Of a stretch of 32,000 nt of DNA, positions 31,110 to 32,000 are shown in pieces. How positions within the stretch are numbered: position 1 is the first letter of the stretch; each line of letters opens with the position of its first letter. The stretch is from a bacterium. Lineage in GTDB: Bacteria; Auribacterota; Erginobacteria; Erginobacterales; DAOSXE01. A program made the position numbers and the translations under genes. A model generated the notes under the pieces. It was not told the DNA's origin. It worked only from the letters and a program-made list of their open reading frames with translations, and did not search any database. Location of the stretch: NCBI GenBank assembly GCA_035380285.1, contig DAOSXE010000002.1, positions 1,207 through 33,206 on the forward strand, written 5' to 3'.

Positions 31110-32000
31110 ATGGAAAGAACCTTCCGGCAAACGATGAGAGCGTTGATATGGGCAAGCCTGCTGCTGGCGGTTCCCGGCGAGCCGGCGGCCGCTTCCGGGC
31201 AAGCCGAACGGACGTGGTGGGCCCTGGCCGAAGAGGCCGCCGGAGCGGGGGATTACGGCCGGGCCTTGGAGTATATCTCCCGTCTGGAGGCCGTCGGCCG
31301 GCGCGACCCGGGCCTCGACCGGGCTAAAAACGATCTTCTCTGCGCCGAAGGACACCGCCTGCTCCGACGTAAGAATTACGATGGAGCCCGAAGCCTGTTT
31401 CTGGAGGCGCTCGACCGGGACCCGACGCTGGTCGGGGCCTGGAAGGGATTGGGCGTCTCCGCCTATTTCCGGCAGGAGATGACGGACTCCCTCCGGGCCT
31501 GGGAAAAGGTTCTGGCTCTGGCCCCCGGGGACCGGGACGCCGCGGAATGGTCGAAACGGGTGAGAAAGGAAAGCCGGCTGGAGGGGGATCTTGATTCTTC
31601 GCGGATGGGGAACTTCATCTTCCGCTACGAAACGGAAATGCCCGCGGATACGGTCGGCGATCTGGAAACCTTCCTGCATCAGGCTTACCGGGAAGTCGGT
31701 TACGACTTCAACTACTACCCCGATCGGCCCGTCGTGGTCATTCTCTATCCTCCCGATCGGTTCCGGCGCCTCCACGGCACGCCCGGATGGGTGGCGGGAC
31801 TCTACGACGGCAAGATCCGTTTGCCCTCTCCCGGGGGGGAGGGGGAAGGGGAGGATTTCAAACGGATTCTATGGCATGAATATACTCACGTCGCGGTTCA
31901 CGACCTCTCGGGGGGAAAAGCTCCGATCTGGCTCCAGGAAGGGCTGGCCCAATATGAGGAGAACAAAGTGATTCCGGTCGAGGGAGAGGCCGGCGCAACA
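31110..32000 (+). CDS. Secreted TPR plus HEXXH (peptidase MA-like) protein; 3' end lies outside the window
   Basis: It is absent from the ORF track because it has no stop inside the window. I translated it by hand from the ATG at 31110: MERTFRQTMRALIWASLLLAVPGEPAAASG (signal-like), then TPR-like helices, then RILWHEYTHVAVHDLSGGKAPIWLQEGLAQYEE with HEYTH at 31875-31889. The frame is open to position 32000. The 376-aa antisense track ORF (30645..31775) is rejected. Confidence 0.7.
   Translation, partial: MERTFRQTMRALIWASLLLAVPGEPAAASGQAERTWWALAEEAAGAGDYGRALEYISRLEAVGRRDPGLDRAKNDLLCAEGHRLLRRKNYDGARSLFLEALDRDPTLVGAWKGLGVSAYFRQEMTDSLRAWEKVLALAPGDRDAAEWSKRVRKESRLEGDLDSSRMGNFIFRYETEMPADTVGDLETFLHQAYREVGYDFNYYPDRPVVVILYPPDRFRRLHGTPGWVAGLYDGKIRLPSPGGEGEGEDFKRILWHEYTHVAVHDLSGGKAPIWLQEGLAQYEENKVIPVEGEAGAT

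Overview
High-GC bacterial chromosomal window, densely coding and mostly on the + strand. I support 26 protein genes and one tRNA. I saw no rRNA, CRISPR array, transposase, integrase or phage genes.

Left part (1-7.4 kb), housekeeping: tail of an RND adaptor plus an AcrB-like permease, tRNA-Leu(CAG), SmpB, an NCS2 purine permease, a Nudix-MazG fusion and an acylphosphatase.

Middle part (7.4-23.7 kb), envelope and secreted proteins:
- a BamB-like PQQ propeller
- an acidic coiled-coil protein
- a GT-C/TPR (TMTC-like) membrane protein
- a membrane-anchored BNR/Asp-box propeller protein whose C-terminal ~250 aa is paralogous to essentially the whole next gene
- a small TPR protein, a ComEA-like HhH protein with an added zinc ribbon, and a COG2122/UPF0280-like protein
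- two very large secreted proteins that end in the same six-repeat FG-GAP-like module. One has a papain-like domain with substituted catalytic Cys and His plus a NIDO-like domain. The other has two CarboxypepD_reg-like domains, a ComEC-type MBL domain and three lamin-tail domains.

Right part (23.7-32 kb): a DUF39 plus NIL-ferredoxin pair (aspartate-semialdehyde-dependent homocysteine synthesis), TPR proteins, a tandem Cas4/AddB-like Fe-S PD-(D/E)XK nuclease, a TrkH/TrkA-type K+ uptake pair, and a 3'-truncated TPR-HEXXH peptidase.

Best candidates for something undescribed:
1. The 11.3-15.0 kb gene pair sharing an unassigned beta-strand/long-helix module, within a 5-gene operon.
2. The 16.8-23.7 kb two-gene unit of secreted proteins with a shared C-terminal propeller, pairing a pseudo-protease with a nuclease-like protein.
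3. The stand-alone tandem Cas4-like nuclease, with one degenerate and one intact active site.

All family assignments come from motif recognition by eye; no searches were run. None of the three candidates is proven to be a system. The many long antisense and alternative-frame ORFs in the track look like high-GC artefacts.
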